The notes: a model not told the origin generated them from the sequence alone. 45,895 bases of DNA from Calditrichota bacterium (GCA_024275555.1 JAJRYW010000383.1:1-45895), one strand, 5' to 3'; positions 8,501-16,838 are shown, numbered from the stretch's first letter. Numbers and translations: made by a program.

Positions 8501-9517
8501 CTATTTAAAAAAAATCTTCAGCCCTTCGGTACAATTCCGGCACATATTGATCCGGTCGCGCCGGTGCACCACCGAACGCCGGAAACGGTGATAGCGGTCG
8601 CTGCTCCAGATCTCTTCAAAAGAGGATGTTCCCATCTCCCCCAGTTTAAAATCGGCGTCTTTGTCAAAGCAGCAGGGGATCACCTGTTTATCCCAGGTGA
8701 TCGCCGAACCGTACCAAATTTTTTTGCAGTAGCCGGAATAGCTGCCTTTCAGTTGATAAAGGCCGTCGGATTTCTGATAACGCCGGTATTTTTCCAGCGT
8801 GGGCAGGGTTGCCTCGGGATCATCAAAATCATATAATTGGGGAGATTTAAAGATCACCCGGTCGACGCCGAGGGTTTTTCCCAGTTTTTTTATCTGCTTC
8901 ATTTCATGCTGATTATGGCGCATGACGATGAACTGAAGATCGGTAAGCGGGAAGCGCTTGCGCAACGCTTTACGGGCCCGGGTAAAATTTGCAACACCTT
9001 TCAGCACCTGCTCAAATCGCCCGGCCTGGCGATAGATTTTATAAGTCTCCTCCGTGGCGCCGTCGACGGAGAGAATTAAGCGGCCTAACTTGCTTTCCGC
9101 CAGTTCCCGGGCAAAATCGGCATTGGCCAGGCGGGTGCCGTTGGTGCTGATCACGGTAAATATTTTCTTTTCATAGGCATAGTTAATCATCCGGATAATA
9201 TCCGGATTGATAAACGACTCCCCCTGGAAAAACAGCAACAGCACCCAGGTGTGGCCGGCGATGTCGTCGATCATCGCGCGATAGTCTTCAAAGCGGAGGT
9301 GATCCTGGGGACGGGTAAGAGTTTTTAAACCTACCGGGCATTGCGGGCAGCGCAGATTACAAATTGCCGTCGGTTCGATGATAAACGTATAGGGCAACCC
9401 CCATACAAAGTATTTTCCGGTAAGACGGGACAAGAAATATGAGGAGAGCACCCGCACCGCATTGCCAAATTTTTTCCAACTCCACAAAGGTACTATATAG
9501 GATATATCGGACAACAT
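8501..9517 (-). CDS. Radical SAM enzyme with a C-terminal SPASM/twitch-like Cys-rich extension
   Basis: The CX3CX2C motif is present as EPTAICNLRCPQCPVG. The C-terminal Cys pattern is C-x17-CC ... F..IW ... CRNC. The ATG at 9515-9517 is preceded by GGAG (CCGGAGCAAGAATG). Confidence 0.85.
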   Translation of the reverse strand: MLSDISYIVPLWSWKKFGNAVRVLSSYFLSRLTGKYFVWGLPYTFIIEPTAICNLRCPQCPVGLKTLTRPQDHLRFEDYRAMIDDIAGHTWVLLLFFQGESFINPDIIRMINYAYEKKIFTVISTNGTRLANADFARELAESKLGRLILSVDGATEETYKIYRQAGRFEQVLKGVANFTRARKALRKRFPLTDLQFIVMRHNQHEMKQIKKLGKTLGVDRVIFKSPQLYDFDDPEATLPTLEKYRRYQKSDGLYQLKGSYSGYCKKIWYGSAITWDKQVIPCCFDKDADFKLGEMGTSSFEEIWSSDRYHRFRRSVVHRRDRINMCRNCTEGLKIFFK

Positions 9518-9534
9518 TCTTGCTCCGGCTGAAT

Positions 9535-9569
9535 AAAAAAAAGGGACACTATAAATAATGTCCCTTTTT
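9535..9569 (-). terminator. Strong rho-independent terminator (bidirectional shape) 18 nt upstream of the radical SAM start codon
   Basis: Minus sense reads AAAAAGGGACA-TTATTTATAG-TGTCCC-TTTTTTTT. The stem is 9543-9548 / 9559-9564. Confidence 0.7.
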
Positions 9570-9593
9570 ATGGCGATGAGGCCTGATCAAATA

Positions 9594-9624
9594 AATTTAA
9601 GGAGGGAGGTTTCAATTTAAGGAG
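9594..9624 (-). repeat. Two direct copies of CTCCTTAAATT (minus sense) inside a leader hairpin
   Basis: On the plus strand AATTTAAGGAG occurs at 9594-9604 and 9614-9624, spaced 20 nt apart. The flanks also match, (G/A)GAG. The repeats lie within the loop of an 11-12 bp stem: GGCGGTGAGGC (9628-9638) pairs with GCCTCATCGCC (9572-9582), with one G-U pair. Confidence 0.6.
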
Positions 9625-9645
9625 AGAGCCTCACCGCCAAGGCCA

Positions 9646-9674
9646 AATATAATTTATATCCGGTAATAAATCAA
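9646..9674 (-). promoter_or_regulatory. Candidate sigma70-type promoter TTGATT-N17-TATATT upstream of the leader and terminator
   Basis: The -35 (plus AATCAA) is at 9669-9674 and the -10 (plus AATATA) at 9646-9651, with a 17-nt spacer. It has the same architecture and the same -10 hexamer as the rplU promoter candidate. Confidence 0.4.
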
Positions 9675-9682
9675 CATTTTTT

Positions 9683-11035
9683 TTAACTCAAAAAGGGCTT
9701 TGCATATTTGGGATAAAGAAAATGCAATTCCAGCACTTCCCACTTCTGATCCCGCTGTACTAAAGTTGCCTGCAAAATATCCCCCGGCTTTAAGCGCGCG
9801 TGGATGGAGGCCGGAAAGTGAATATTTTCCAGAAAGCTGTTTAAACGAAGGTCTTCCAAGTCCAGGGTGCGGGAGAATTTACTGCGAATGCGCTGCACTT
9901 CAAAAAAGCTGCTCAGTTGTTGTACATCGGGATTGTCCCGGCTTAAGAGCACCTCTAACAGATCGTACTCTTCCAGGTACTGGTTCAGCGCATCGACAAT
10001 TCGGGGCAGATCGGTTCGGGCAATCCGATAATTCTTTTTAAAACTTTCCCGGAAATCCAACCCGAAGACCGTATTGAGCCAAAAGAAGAACCGGGCTAAA
10101 ATATGAAAGTAGCGGCCGAGTTGGGCGCTTTCTATGTGCACAAATTTCTGAACCGTAAACACGGTAAAAAATTCCAGGAGATGCTCTTCCCCGAGTTCAA
10201 AAATATTGGTTACCCCGGAGCGGTCCACCAGGAACTCCTGGAAATCGAAGATGGCGTCGTGTTCCAGGCCCCGGTTTTTTTTCTTTTGCCGGTTGCTTTC
10301 TAAAAACTGTTTCACCACTTCTTCAACCGGCTCAAAGAAGTGTTCTTCATCCACCCACTCCCCTTCCCCGGGCAACTCTTCCTCTTGTTCTTCCCAGGCC
10401 TCGTCTTTGCCGAAAGTTTCGTCGCCGTCGAGCAATTCTTCAAAGTGGTTAATGGCCGGATCGCCGGGATGCTGAAGCAGACTTCCTCCTTCTTTGCGGA
10501 TGAATGCGATGATCACATCTTCGATAAAATCGGCTAACTCGATTAATTCCAGATCGTCTTCATCAAACTCCACCCCGATTTCCTCGGAATAAAACTGAAG
10601 CAGGGTGTCAATCACCACGTGCTCCATTAACTCCACCCGGAAGTCTTGCTCGCGTATCACGCCGTCGGAGAGGAAAGATTTTAAAGTGCGGATGCGCTGA
10701 ATCATCTTTTCTTCGTTTTCCTGGAGATCCGCCAGGTCGTCGCGGTCATAGTTGCTATCCTCATCCCTGTGCGGATTACGGTCGCTGCGGAGAAAGTATT
10801 CGAAACTATCGCCCAGGTTAAAACATAACGTGCCGATATTTTCGAAATTTAAGTGCAGGCGGGACGCTTTTTTATCCGTACGGAAAAAATGGCTATCCAA
10901 CTGGTTGCCGAGATGGTTTACCAGCAGGTAAATAAAAAAATCAAGATTGGTCAGTTCGTAAATCTCCTTGTCCCAGCTTTCTACAAATTCCCGGGCAGAG
11001 ATATACGTCTTATGATACTTCTCGGACAACCGCAT
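9683..11035 (-). CDS. Hypothetical cytoplasmic protein, strongly acidic, no recognised domain
   Basis: 450-453-aa ORF. The track start at 11044 is a TTG. The ATG at 11033-11035 follows GGAGGAA, though the spacing is short. There are long D/E-rich stretches (EEQEEELPGEGEWVDEEHFFEPVEE) and no TM helix or signal peptide. Confidence 0.7.
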   Translation of the reverse strand: MRLSEKYHKTYISAREFVESWDKEIYELTNLDFFIYLLVNHLGNQLDSHFFRTDKKASRLHLNFENIGTLCFNLGDSFEYFLRSDRNPHRDEDSNYDRDDLADLQENEEKMIQRIRTLKSFLSDGVIREQDFRVELMEHVVIDTLLQFYSEEIGVEFDEDDLELIELADFIEDVIIAFIRKEGGSLLQHPGDPAINHFEELLDGDETFGKDEAWEEQEEELPGEGEWVDEEHFFEPVEEVVKQFLESNRQKKKNRGLEHDAIFDFQEFLVDRSGVTNIFELGEEHLLEFFTVFTVQKFVHIESAQLGRYFHILARFFFWLNTVFGLDFRESFKKNYRIARTDLPRIVDALNQYLEEYDLLEVLLSRDNPDVQQLSSFFEVQRIRSKFSRTLDLEDLRLNSFLENIHFPASIHARLKPGDILQATLVQRDQKWEVLELHFLYPKYAKPFLS

Positions 11036-11158
11036 TTCCTCCAAAAACTATGGGGCGAATTTAACATCCCCCCTTCAGACAGTCAATAAAAAAATAGGCT
11101 CAAAGAAAACTAAATCAAGTAATTACTTTAAAACTGTTCCAAATCCGTGATTTACGGT

Positions 11159-12988
11159 CTATGATCCCGCTACTTTGCGTATTTGCCCGACATAATATTC
11201 GCGCTGCTGGTACTGCAACTGGTACAACTTGTAATAAAGTCCTCTTTTGCGCAGCAACTGCTGGTGGCTGCCCATCTCCCGCAATACGCCTTTGTGCATC
11301 GCCACAATCTGATCCATATGCTGAATGGTCGACAAACGGTGGGCAATCACAATAGCGGTGCGATTTTCCATCACCACCGCCAGGGCTTTCTGGATCAGCG
11401 CTTCCGACTCGGAATCGATATTCGAGGTGGCCTCGTCCAACAGGAGGATATCGGGATCAATGACCAGGGCGCGGGCCAGGCTGATTAGCTGCTTTTGCCC
11501 GGTGGAGAAATTGCTGCCGCCCTCTTTTACCGGGGCGTGGTAGCCATCGGGCAATTTATCGATAAAAGAATGGGCGTTGACCATCTTAGCTGCTTCGACC
11601 ACCTGCTCCAGGGGCGCGTCCGGCCGGCCCAGGCGCAGGTTGTCCAGGATAGTCCCGGAGAAAAGAAAAACATCCTGCAAGACAATGGCCATGCGGCTGC
11701 GCAAGTTGCGGATATCCCACTGGCGCACATCCACGCCGTCTACAAGCACCCGGCCTTGCTGAACATCGTAAAAACGGCCGATCAGACGAAACAGGGTTGT
11801 TTTTCCGGCCCCGGTGTGCCCGACAATCCCAAAGCGTTTCCCGGCCGGAATTGTCAGCGAAAAATCGCGGATCACCGGTTCATCGCCATAAGCAAAAGAA
11901 ACCTGCCTGAACTCGATTTGGCCTTGCAGGCGTTCCTGCCGGTGCGGGGCGGCCGGATTCCGGATAAGCGGCTCGGTATCCAGCAATTTAAAAATCCGTT
12001 CCGAGGAGGCCAGCGCTCCCTGAAGAATGTTGAATTTGTCGGACAGGTCGCTGATGGGACGGAAAAACATCTTGGCATATTGAATGAAGGCAATTAATAC
12101 GCCCAGGGTAACTTCTTCGGATTGAATCAGCCAGCCGCCCCGGAAAACGATCACCGCCAAAGCCAAAGAACTGATGATCTCCACCGCCGGATAAAATATA
12201 GCGTAATAGAAAATGGTTTTGATAAATGCATCGGTGTGATCCCAGTTGATCTTCTTAAAACGCCGGTAGTCCTGCTTTTCCCGGTTGAAGACCTGCACAA
12301 CGCTCATCCCGGAGATGTGCTCTTGCAGATAGGAATTGATCCGGGCCAGGTAGTAGCGTATTTGACTATACGCCCCGCGTATTTTCTGGCGGAAGATCAT
12401 CGAGACGATGAACAACAACGGAATGACCCCAAAGGTCCAAAAGGCCAGTTCTGCGTGGATGGAGATCATCATCACCACGATGCCGCCAATCAGGAAGATG
12501 TCTCCGAAGATCATCACCAGCCCCTGGGTAAACATCTGGTTCAGCGCTTCTACATCGGAGGTCACCCGGGTCATTAAGCGTCCCACCGGATTGCGGTCAA
12601 AGTATTGCTGATGCAGCCGTTGCAAGTGGCTGAAAACGCGGTCGCGAAGATCAAAAATCAGCTTTTGGCCCAACACCTGGGTGAGCATAATTTGCATATA
12701 GCGAATCACAAAGTTGCTTACCAGCACCGAGAGGTATAGCACGATAATCCAGCGCAACCCCGGGTAATCCTGTTTTAATATGTAGCTGTCGATGGCTACT
12801 TTGGTTAAATAGGGGCGTACCGCATCCAGGCCGGAGGCCAGAATAATCAGCAAAACGGACAGGGCAACCAGGCGCCAATAAGGGCGGGCATACCCCAACA
12901 GTCGTCCAAACAATTTGTGATCGTAAATCTTGCCGCTGATTCGATCATCTTCGATGACGTCAGGGCGTTTTTTAGCTGTCGAACTCAT
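11159..12988 (-). CDS. ABC exporter, fused permease/ATPase (MsbA/ABCB-type)
   Basis: The N-terminal half has six TM helices. Walker A GHTGAGKTT, signature FSTGQKQLISLARAL and Walker B ILLLDEATSNID are present. Confidence 0.9.
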   Translation of the reverse strand: MSSTAKKRPDVIEDDRISGKIYDHKLFGRLLGYARPYWRLVALSVLLIILASGLDAVRPYLTKVAIDSYILKQDYPGLRWIIVLYLSVLVSNFVIRYMQIMLTQVLGQKLIFDLRDRVFSHLQRLHQQYFDRNPVGRLMTRVTSDVEALNQMFTQGLVMIFGDIFLIGGIVVMMISIHAELAFWTFGVIPLLFIVSMIFRQKIRGAYSQIRYYLARINSYLQEHISGMSVVQVFNREKQDYRRFKKINWDHTDAFIKTIFYYAIFYPAVEIISSLALAVIVFRGGWLIQSEEVTLGVLIAFIQYAKMFFRPISDLSDKFNILQGALASSERIFKLLDTEPLIRNPAAPHRQERLQGQIEFRQVSFAYGDEPVIRDFSLTIPAGKRFGIVGHTGAGKTTLFRLIGRFYDVQQGRVLVDGVDVRQWDIRNLRSRMAIVLQDVFLFSGTILDNLRLGRPDAPLEQVVEAAKMVNAHSFIDKLPDGYHAPVKEGGSNFSTGQKQLISLARALVIDPDILLLDEATSNIDSESEALIQKALAVVMENRTAIVIAHRLSTIQHMDQIVAMHKGVLREMGSHQQLLRKRGLYYKLYQLQYQQREYYVGQIRKVAGS

Positions 12989-13028
12989 CTATATATATGT
13001 ATTCCTTAAGCCGGTAAATAGAACGCTA

Positions 13029-13059
13029 AATATAGCCCCCGTCCCGGCCGCATTGCCAA
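13029..13059 (-). promoter_or_regulatory. Weak candidate promoter TTGGCA-N19-TATATT for the ABC exporter
   Basis: The -35 is at 13054-13059 and the -10 at 13029-13034. The 19-nt spacer is long for sigma70, hence the low confidence. Confidence 0.25.
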
Positions 13060-13121
13060 TCATTTCTGAATGAGATGCCGGCCAGCCCGGCGCGCGGGGC
13101 CGGCCGGGAAATAGCCTCATT

Positions 13122-13151
13122 AAAAAAAAGCTGCCCGGCAGGCAGCTTTTT
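13122..13151 (-). terminator. Rho-independent terminator after the UPF0173 hydrolase gene
   Basis: Stem GCTGCC (13130-13135) / GGCAGC (13141-13146) is flanked by A8 and T5. In minus sense the stem is followed by T8. Confidence 0.7.
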
Positions 13152-13177
13152 ACAGAGAACCGGTTGAGAAGATATTC

Positions 13178-13855
13178 TTAAAACTCCAGGCTTCCGTTTA
13201 TTTCCAGCACCTGGGCCCTGGCGCCGCGTGCGGCAGCTTTTTCCACAAATTCCCCGGGATTCACATCAATTACGTCGAAGGTTTTATAGTGCATTGGTAT
13301 ATAGAGACCGGCATTCAGAAACTCGGTTGCTTTCACCGCATCATCAATTCCCATGGTAAAGTTATCGCCAATGGGCAGCGCGGCCACATCAATGCGGTTC
13401 ATCTCGCCGATCAGCTTCATATCCAGGAACAGGCCGGTGTCCCCGGCGTGGTAAAAGGTCTTCCCGTCCATGGTGATCAGCAATCCGCTGGGCTCGCCCA
13501 TGTAGGCCCCGTCCGGCGTCGAGGAGCCATGGTGAGCAATGGTCAGCTTAAGGCTTCCGAATGAAAATTTGCGCGCCCCCCCGATGTGCATCGGATGCAC
13601 CTGGGCGCCTTTTGACGCGCAGTAGTTTGCCAACTCAAACGCCGCCACAATGACGGCATTGTTATTCCGGGCAATTTCGACGGCGTCGCCGAGATGGTCT
13701 CCGTGACCATGGGTCAGCAATACAAAATCCGCCTTGACATCTCCGGCTTTCATGGTTGCCAGCGGATTGTCATTTAAAAACGGATCGATGATAACGGCAC
13801 CGGAACTCCCCTGTACCAAAAATGCGGAATGACCGAGATAGGTTAACGTCGGCAT
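13178..13855 (-). CDS. Metal-dependent hydrolase, UPF0173 family (metallo-beta-lactamase fold)
   Basis: The HGHGDH motif is present and the N-terminus is MPTLTYLGHSAF. The ATG at 13853-13855 is preceded by GGAGG. The track start at 13861 is a GTG. Confidence 0.85.
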   Translation of the reverse strand: MPTLTYLGHSAFLVQGSSGAVIIDPFLNDNPLATMKAGDVKADFVLLTHGHGDHLGDAVEIARNNNAVIVAAFELANYCASKGAQVHPMHIGGARKFSFGSLKLTIAHHGSSTPDGAYMGEPSGLLITMDGKTFYHAGDTGLFLDMKLIGEMNRIDVAALPIGDNFTMGIDDAVKATEFLNAGLYIPMHYKTFDVIDVNPGEFVEKAAARGARAQVLEINGSLEF

Positions 13856-13988
13856 ACTCACCTCCGTTGTTAAAGGGTTGGTTTGGAGCGGAAATTAAAC
13901 AGTGGAATTTAATAACAGAGGAAGAGCAGTGCATTCTTTTTATGAAATGATTCACACTATCGCACCGGGCCGCAAGAATCTTGTAAAA

Positions 13989-14020
13989 CCCACTTCTCTA
14001 CCATGCACTTTTTTTAGAAG
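13989..14020. repeat. Copy 2 of the conserved intergenic motif CTCTACC(G/A)TGCACTTTTTT
   Basis: Positions 13996-14015 read CTCTACCATGCACTTTTTTT, lying between the rpmA terminator and the UPF0173 gene. A weaker relative, AGTGCATTCTTTTTAT, sits at ~13928-13945. Confidence 0.55.
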
Positions 14021-14023
14021 CCA

Positions 14024-14055
14024 CAAAAAAAAGGGATCGAAACCGATCCCTTTTT
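14024..14055 (-). terminator. Rho-independent terminator after rpmA
   Basis: Stem GGGATCG (14033-14039) / CGATCCC (14044-14050) has a 4-nt loop. In minus sense it is followed by T8. Confidence 0.75.
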
Positions 14056-14083
14056 AAAATTGCGGTAAATAATCGTTGCAGAA

Positions 14084-14341
14084 TTAAGCTTCGGTATAAA
14101 CGCTTACTTTAGTACGCTTTTTGTCTTTCCGCTCAAACTTAACATAGCCGTCGATCAATGCGAAGATGCTATCGTCTCCGGCGCGTTTTACATTTTCCCC
14201 GGGATGCCATTTGGTGCCGCGCTGACGCAGAATAATGCTTCCCGCGCTGACAAATTGGCCGCCAAACGCCTTTACACCCAACATTTTGGGATTGCTGTCG
14301 CGGCCGTTCCTGGAACTACCTACACCTTTTTTATGAGCCAT
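14084..14341 (-). CDS. rpmA: 50S ribosomal protein L27
   Basis: [24 protein letters not shown]... is the canonical L27 N-terminus. The protein is 85 aa. Confidence 0.97.
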   Translation of the reverse strand: MAHKKGVGSSRNGRDSNPKMLGVKAFGGQFVSAGSIILRQRGTKWHPGENVKRAGDDSIFALIDGYVKFERKDKKRTKVSVYTEA

Positions 14342-14358
14342 AATGTCCTCCGAATTTC

Positions 14359-14670
14359 CTATGCAGAGATATTTTCAATTTGTACTTTGGTAAAATGCTG
14401 ACGGTGACCTTTGGTGAGTCGATAACCTTTACGGCGTTTTTTCTTAAAAACAATCACCTTTTTATCCCGGCCGTGATCAACCACTTTTGCCGAAACTTTA
14501 GCGCCTTCCACCAAGGGGCGGCCAACTCTGGGGCCGCTGCCGTCTTCCACTAAAAACACTTTCTCAAATTCAACCGTTTCGCCAATTTCTTTATGAAGAA
14601 AGGGTACTTTGACGGTCAGGTCTTTTTCCACCCGGAATTGTTTTCCGGCAATTTCTACAATAGCGTACAT
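14359..14670 (-). CDS. rplU: 50S ribosomal protein L21
   Basis: [17 protein letters not shown]... is canonical L21. The protein is 103 aa and lies directly upstream of rpmA. Confidence 0.97.
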   Translation of the reverse strand: MYAIVEIAGKQFRVEKDLTVKVPFLHKEIGETVEFEKVFLVEDGSGPRVGRPLVEGAKVSAKVVDHGRDKKVIVFKKKRRKGYRLTKGHRQHFTKVQIENISA

Positions 14671-14728
14671 GTTTTATACCTCGGTATCCTTAAAAGTTCA
14701 GCCATTTTCTTTGCTCTTGAGGCCGCCA

Positions 14729-14757
14729 AATATATGATTCCGGCGCAGGTGAGTCAA
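14729..14757 (-). promoter_or_regulatory. Candidate sigma70 promoter TTGACT-N17-TATATT for rplU-rpmA
   Basis: The -35 is at 14752-14757 and the -10 at 14729-14734, with a 17-nt spacer. It lies about 60 nt upstream of the rplU ATG and just downstream of a hairpin that ends the preceding operon. Confidence 0.5.
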
Positions 14758-14773
14758 GACAGATTTTAAATAG

Positions 14774-14809
14774 TTACCGGCAAACAACCCGGTAGTCGTT
14801 TGCCGGTAA
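14774..14809 (-). terminator. Hairpin (perfect 12-bp stem) after the Hpt gene, probable terminator
   Basis: TTACCGGCAAAC (14774-14785) pairs with GTTTGCCGGTAA (14798-14809) across a 12-nt loop. In minus sense only a partial T-rich tail (CTATTTAAAATC) follows. Confidence 0.45.
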
Positions 14810-14841
14810 AGCCGGGGTATTGCCGGGAATAGCGGGGCGCT

Positions 14842-15261
14842 TTATGAGGCGCTATATTCCCGGGCAAGTTTTTGCAGGGCCTCCTGAACCTGGGCCATTT
14901 CCGAAACAAGGGTTGGTAGCTGTGCGACGGCGGTCTGGAAATCCGCGGCGGCGCCGCACTGTTCCAATTGGGCCGCGGTTTTAAAAGCGGCTTCGGCGCA
15001 AAAATTGCCCACAGATCCTTTCAGGGTATGAGCTGAGCGCCGCAGCGTCTCAGCATCCTGACTTTCTATAGCGCTCTCAATCTCGGAAATCAAATCCGGG
15101 TAATCTTCCAAAAACAATTCAATCAGTTCCTGGAGTAATTCAACGTCATCATCCAGGCGCGTCAACAACTCCTTCCGATTGATCACTTGTTCAACCATAG
15201 TTCCTTCTTGCGGCATCTCGCAACCCTTTCTCTTTGGTCCTTCTAATAATATATCGAACAT
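14842..15261 (-). CDS. Histidine phosphotransfer (Hpt) domain protein
   Basis: The Hpt signature SAHTLKGSVGNF lies in a helical ~120-aa protein. The start is uncertain, with ATG candidates at 15261, 15216 and 15198. Confidence 0.8.
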   Translation of the reverse strand: MFDILLEGPKRKGCEMPQEGTMVEQVINRKELLTRLDDDVELLQELIELFLEDYPDLISEIESAIESQDAETLRRSAHTLKGSVGNFCAEAAFKTAAQLEQCGAAADFQTAVAQLPTLVSEMAQVQEALQKLAREYSAS

Positions 15262-15296
15262 TATCCGGAAATCTTTGCCTGCAAATTATCCCGGCC

Positions 15297-16838
15297 CTAA
15301 TTTTTCATTTTCAGCACTTCTGTTGAGTCGGATAATACCCGGCGGATTTCACTTTCCAGCTCCTGGACCCGGTAAGGTTTGGCCACCACGCCATGGAATC
15401 CGTAGTTCAGGTAGTTGGCCATAATCGGATTGTTTGAATACCCGCTGGAAACCAGGGCTTTAACATTCGGATCGATCTCCAGAAGTTTGGTCAAAATCCG
15501 CTCACCGCTGAGATCCCCCGGAATGGTCAAATCCAGCACGACCAACTCGAAGGGTTCTCCGCTGCCGCAGGCTTGCTGAAACAGTGAAAAGGCTGTTTGT
15601 GAATCTTCGGCGGTAAAAACCTGGAACCCCAGGAATTGGAGCATTTCCGAGGCGGTTTCCAGCACCATTCGTTCATCATCCACCAGTAAGATTTTACCTT
15701 TCTTGTGGGCCGGGGAGGGTTGCGGATGTTCTTCTTTGGCAACCACGATGGTTGCAGCAGGAAGATATACCCGGAAAGTAGTACCGCTATTCAGTTCCGA
15801 GGATACCTCTATATGGCCGCCGTGTTTCTTAATGATGGAGTAACAGATCGCCAGGCCCAGTCCGCTTCCCCTTTGCTTGGTGGTAAAATAGGGGTCAAAG
15901 ATTTTCTTCAGCACTTCATCAGACATGCCTACACCTTCATCTGCAACATCGATACGGATATAGTCCCCCGGCGGTAAGGATCGCGCCGCATCATCGCTAA
16001 TGCGTACATTGGTTGCGGAAATACGTATTTCTCCCCCGTTGGGCATGGCCTGGTCCGCATTGATGACCAGGTTGTTCAGCACCTGGCGAATCTGGCCCTG
16101 GTCGGCCAGCACATCCCACAAATCAGATGCAATATCAAATTGACAGCGCACATTGGAACCCTGCAGGGCAAACATGGCGCTTTCCTGAATCAGTTCCACA
16201 ACCGATCCGGCTACTTTGATGGGGTCGCCGCCCCCGGAGAAGGTCAGCAATTGCTGGGTTAATTCCCGCGAACGTATCAAGGCCCGCTCGGCTTCTTCCA
16301 GCAAGGATTCGACATCCGGCAAAGCAGCGGTTTTCAGCTTGGCCAAGGAGACATTCCCCAAAATACCGGTTAAAATATTGTTATAATTATGGGCAATTCC
16401 CCCGGCCAGAATTCCGATGGACTCCAGTTTATCGGCCTTCAGCATCTCCTCTTCCAGCCGCTGCGCCAGGGTGATGTCGTAGAACATAATCGAATAACCG
16501 AAGATCCGCTCCTCATTCTGCACCGGTGTAATCGATAGCTGAATGGCGTATTCCTGACCGTTTTGGGAGACAATCTGCAACGGCTCCTGGCTATTGCGCT
16601 TTGCACTTCCCGAAAACTTTTGCAGCATTTCTCCCACTGTCAAAGGAGTTTGATCGATAACTCCGTTGAGAACAGCTGTTAGTGGTTTACCTATCGCATC
16701 CCCGGCGGGGACCCCGCAAAGCGTCTCGGCAACCGGGTTAAGGTGGGTTATGTTCCATTCCCGATCAACCAGGATAACTCCGTCCCGGACCTGATTGATC
16801 ATAGCTCTAAAAAAGAGGCCGATCTCAGTACTGTTCAT
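15297..16838 (-). CDS. Hybrid sensor histidine kinase (PAS - HisKA - HATPase_c - receiver)
   Basis: The PAS-like N-terminus is VILVDREWNITHLNP. The H-box is GGIAHNYNNILT, the ATPase motifs are DEGVGM and GSGLGLA, and the C-terminal REC domain shows KILLVDDE and VVLDLTIPG. I prefer the ATG at 16836-16838 (MNSTEIG), preceded by GGAGGAGAG. The track ORF extends upstream to 17126 without support. Confidence 0.9.
   Translation of the reverse strand: MNSTEIGLFFRAMINQVRDGVILVDREWNITHLNPVAETLCGVPAGDAIGKPLTAVLNGVIDQTPLTVGEMLQKFSGSAKRNSQEPLQIVSQNGQEYAIQLSITPVQNEERIFGYSIMFYDITLAQRLEEEMLKADKLESIGILAGGIAHNYNNILTGILGNVSLAKLKTAALPDVESLLEEAERALIRSRELTQQLLTFSGGGDPIKVAGSVVELIQESAMFALQGSNVRCQFDIASDLWDVLADQGQIRQVLNNLVINADQAMPNGGEIRISATNVRISDDAARSLPPGDYIRIDVADEGVGMSDEVLKKIFDPYFTTKQRGSGLGLAICYSIIKKHGGHIEVSSELNSGTTFRVYLPAATIVVAKEEHPQPSPAHKKGKILLVDDERMVLETASEMLQFLGFQVFTAEDSQTAFSLFQQACGSGEPFELVVLDLTIPGDLSGERILTKLLEIDPNVKALVSSGYSNNPIMANYLNYGFHGVVAKPYRVQELESEIRRVLSDSTEVLKMKN

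Noticed and set aside
9558-9620. 20-aa plus-strand ORF (MSLFMAMRPDQINLRREVSI), and two TAAGGAG(G/A) sites on the plus strand that look like ribosome-binding sites, considered as a possible RiPP precursor next to the radical SAM gene
   Set aside because: The ORF has no RBS of its own and starts inside the terminator stem. The two SD-like sites are not followed by any start codon. They are more plausibly the complement of CU-rich repeats in the minus-strand leader.
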